Source: Carcharhinus longimanus
Lineage: Eukaryota
Assembly: GCA_030264375.1 (NCBI GenBank)
Contig: JASCQW010000190.1
Coordinates: 105,915,700-105,979,699 of the forward strand
DNA length: 64,000 nt
Direction of reading: 5' to 3'
Position 1 is the first letter of the stretch, and the number at the start of each line of letters is the position of its first letter. Positions 63,871-64,000 of this stretch are shown piece after piece. The translations under genes and the position numbers were made by a program. Under the pieces are notes generated by a model that did no database searches, was not told the DNA's origin, and saw only the letters and a program-made list of their open reading frames with translations.

Positions 63871-64000
63871 TAATGTTAGCATTTCTATGCTTTACAATCT
63901 ACTCTTTGATAGGTATTTTGTTGACTTTAAAGCGCTTTAAGTGGTCAGCAGGTAGCAATCGCGCCCCTCAAATCAGAAGATTGTCTGTTCAAGTTCCACC

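Overview
Eukaryotic, repeat-rich genomic DNA from a cartilaginous fish, most likely a shark (HE1-type tRNA SINEs, SacSINE1/Deu-SINEs, CR1 and Penelope-like elements), with ten N gaps. The window is mostly intron of one minus-strand gene of the ELF1/ELF4 ETS transcription-factor subfamily. Two canonical coding exons are visible: 36369-36440 (MAAAVQQSELVFEFASNGMDDGHQ) and 23362-23527 (LEDPLSFPAVIVEQVP...). About 18 kb further downstream is a CpG-rich internal promoter (ETS, NRF1 and GC-box motifs at about 5640-5770). It is followed by an alternative first coding exon (5417-5474, MAFPVCEGIRTPLDLLIRA) that resembles the short N-terminus of ELF2/NERF-1 and ends in the same splice phase as the 23.4 kb exon. 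This dual-promoter, possibly self-regulating design is the most interesting signal. The exon encoding VEAS...EAAEALL and the ETS-domain exons were not found, so they lie left of the window or in a gap. The rest is a decayed Gypsy LTR element (13.3-17.2 kb), LINE fragments, about 20 HE1-like SINEs with two different tails, Penelope-like remnants with hammerhead cores, MITEs and a 127-bp-arm inverted repeat. Family assignments and reference protein comparisons are from memory, not from database searches, and repeat boundaries are approximate. I see no prokaryote-type or wholly novel multi-gene system.
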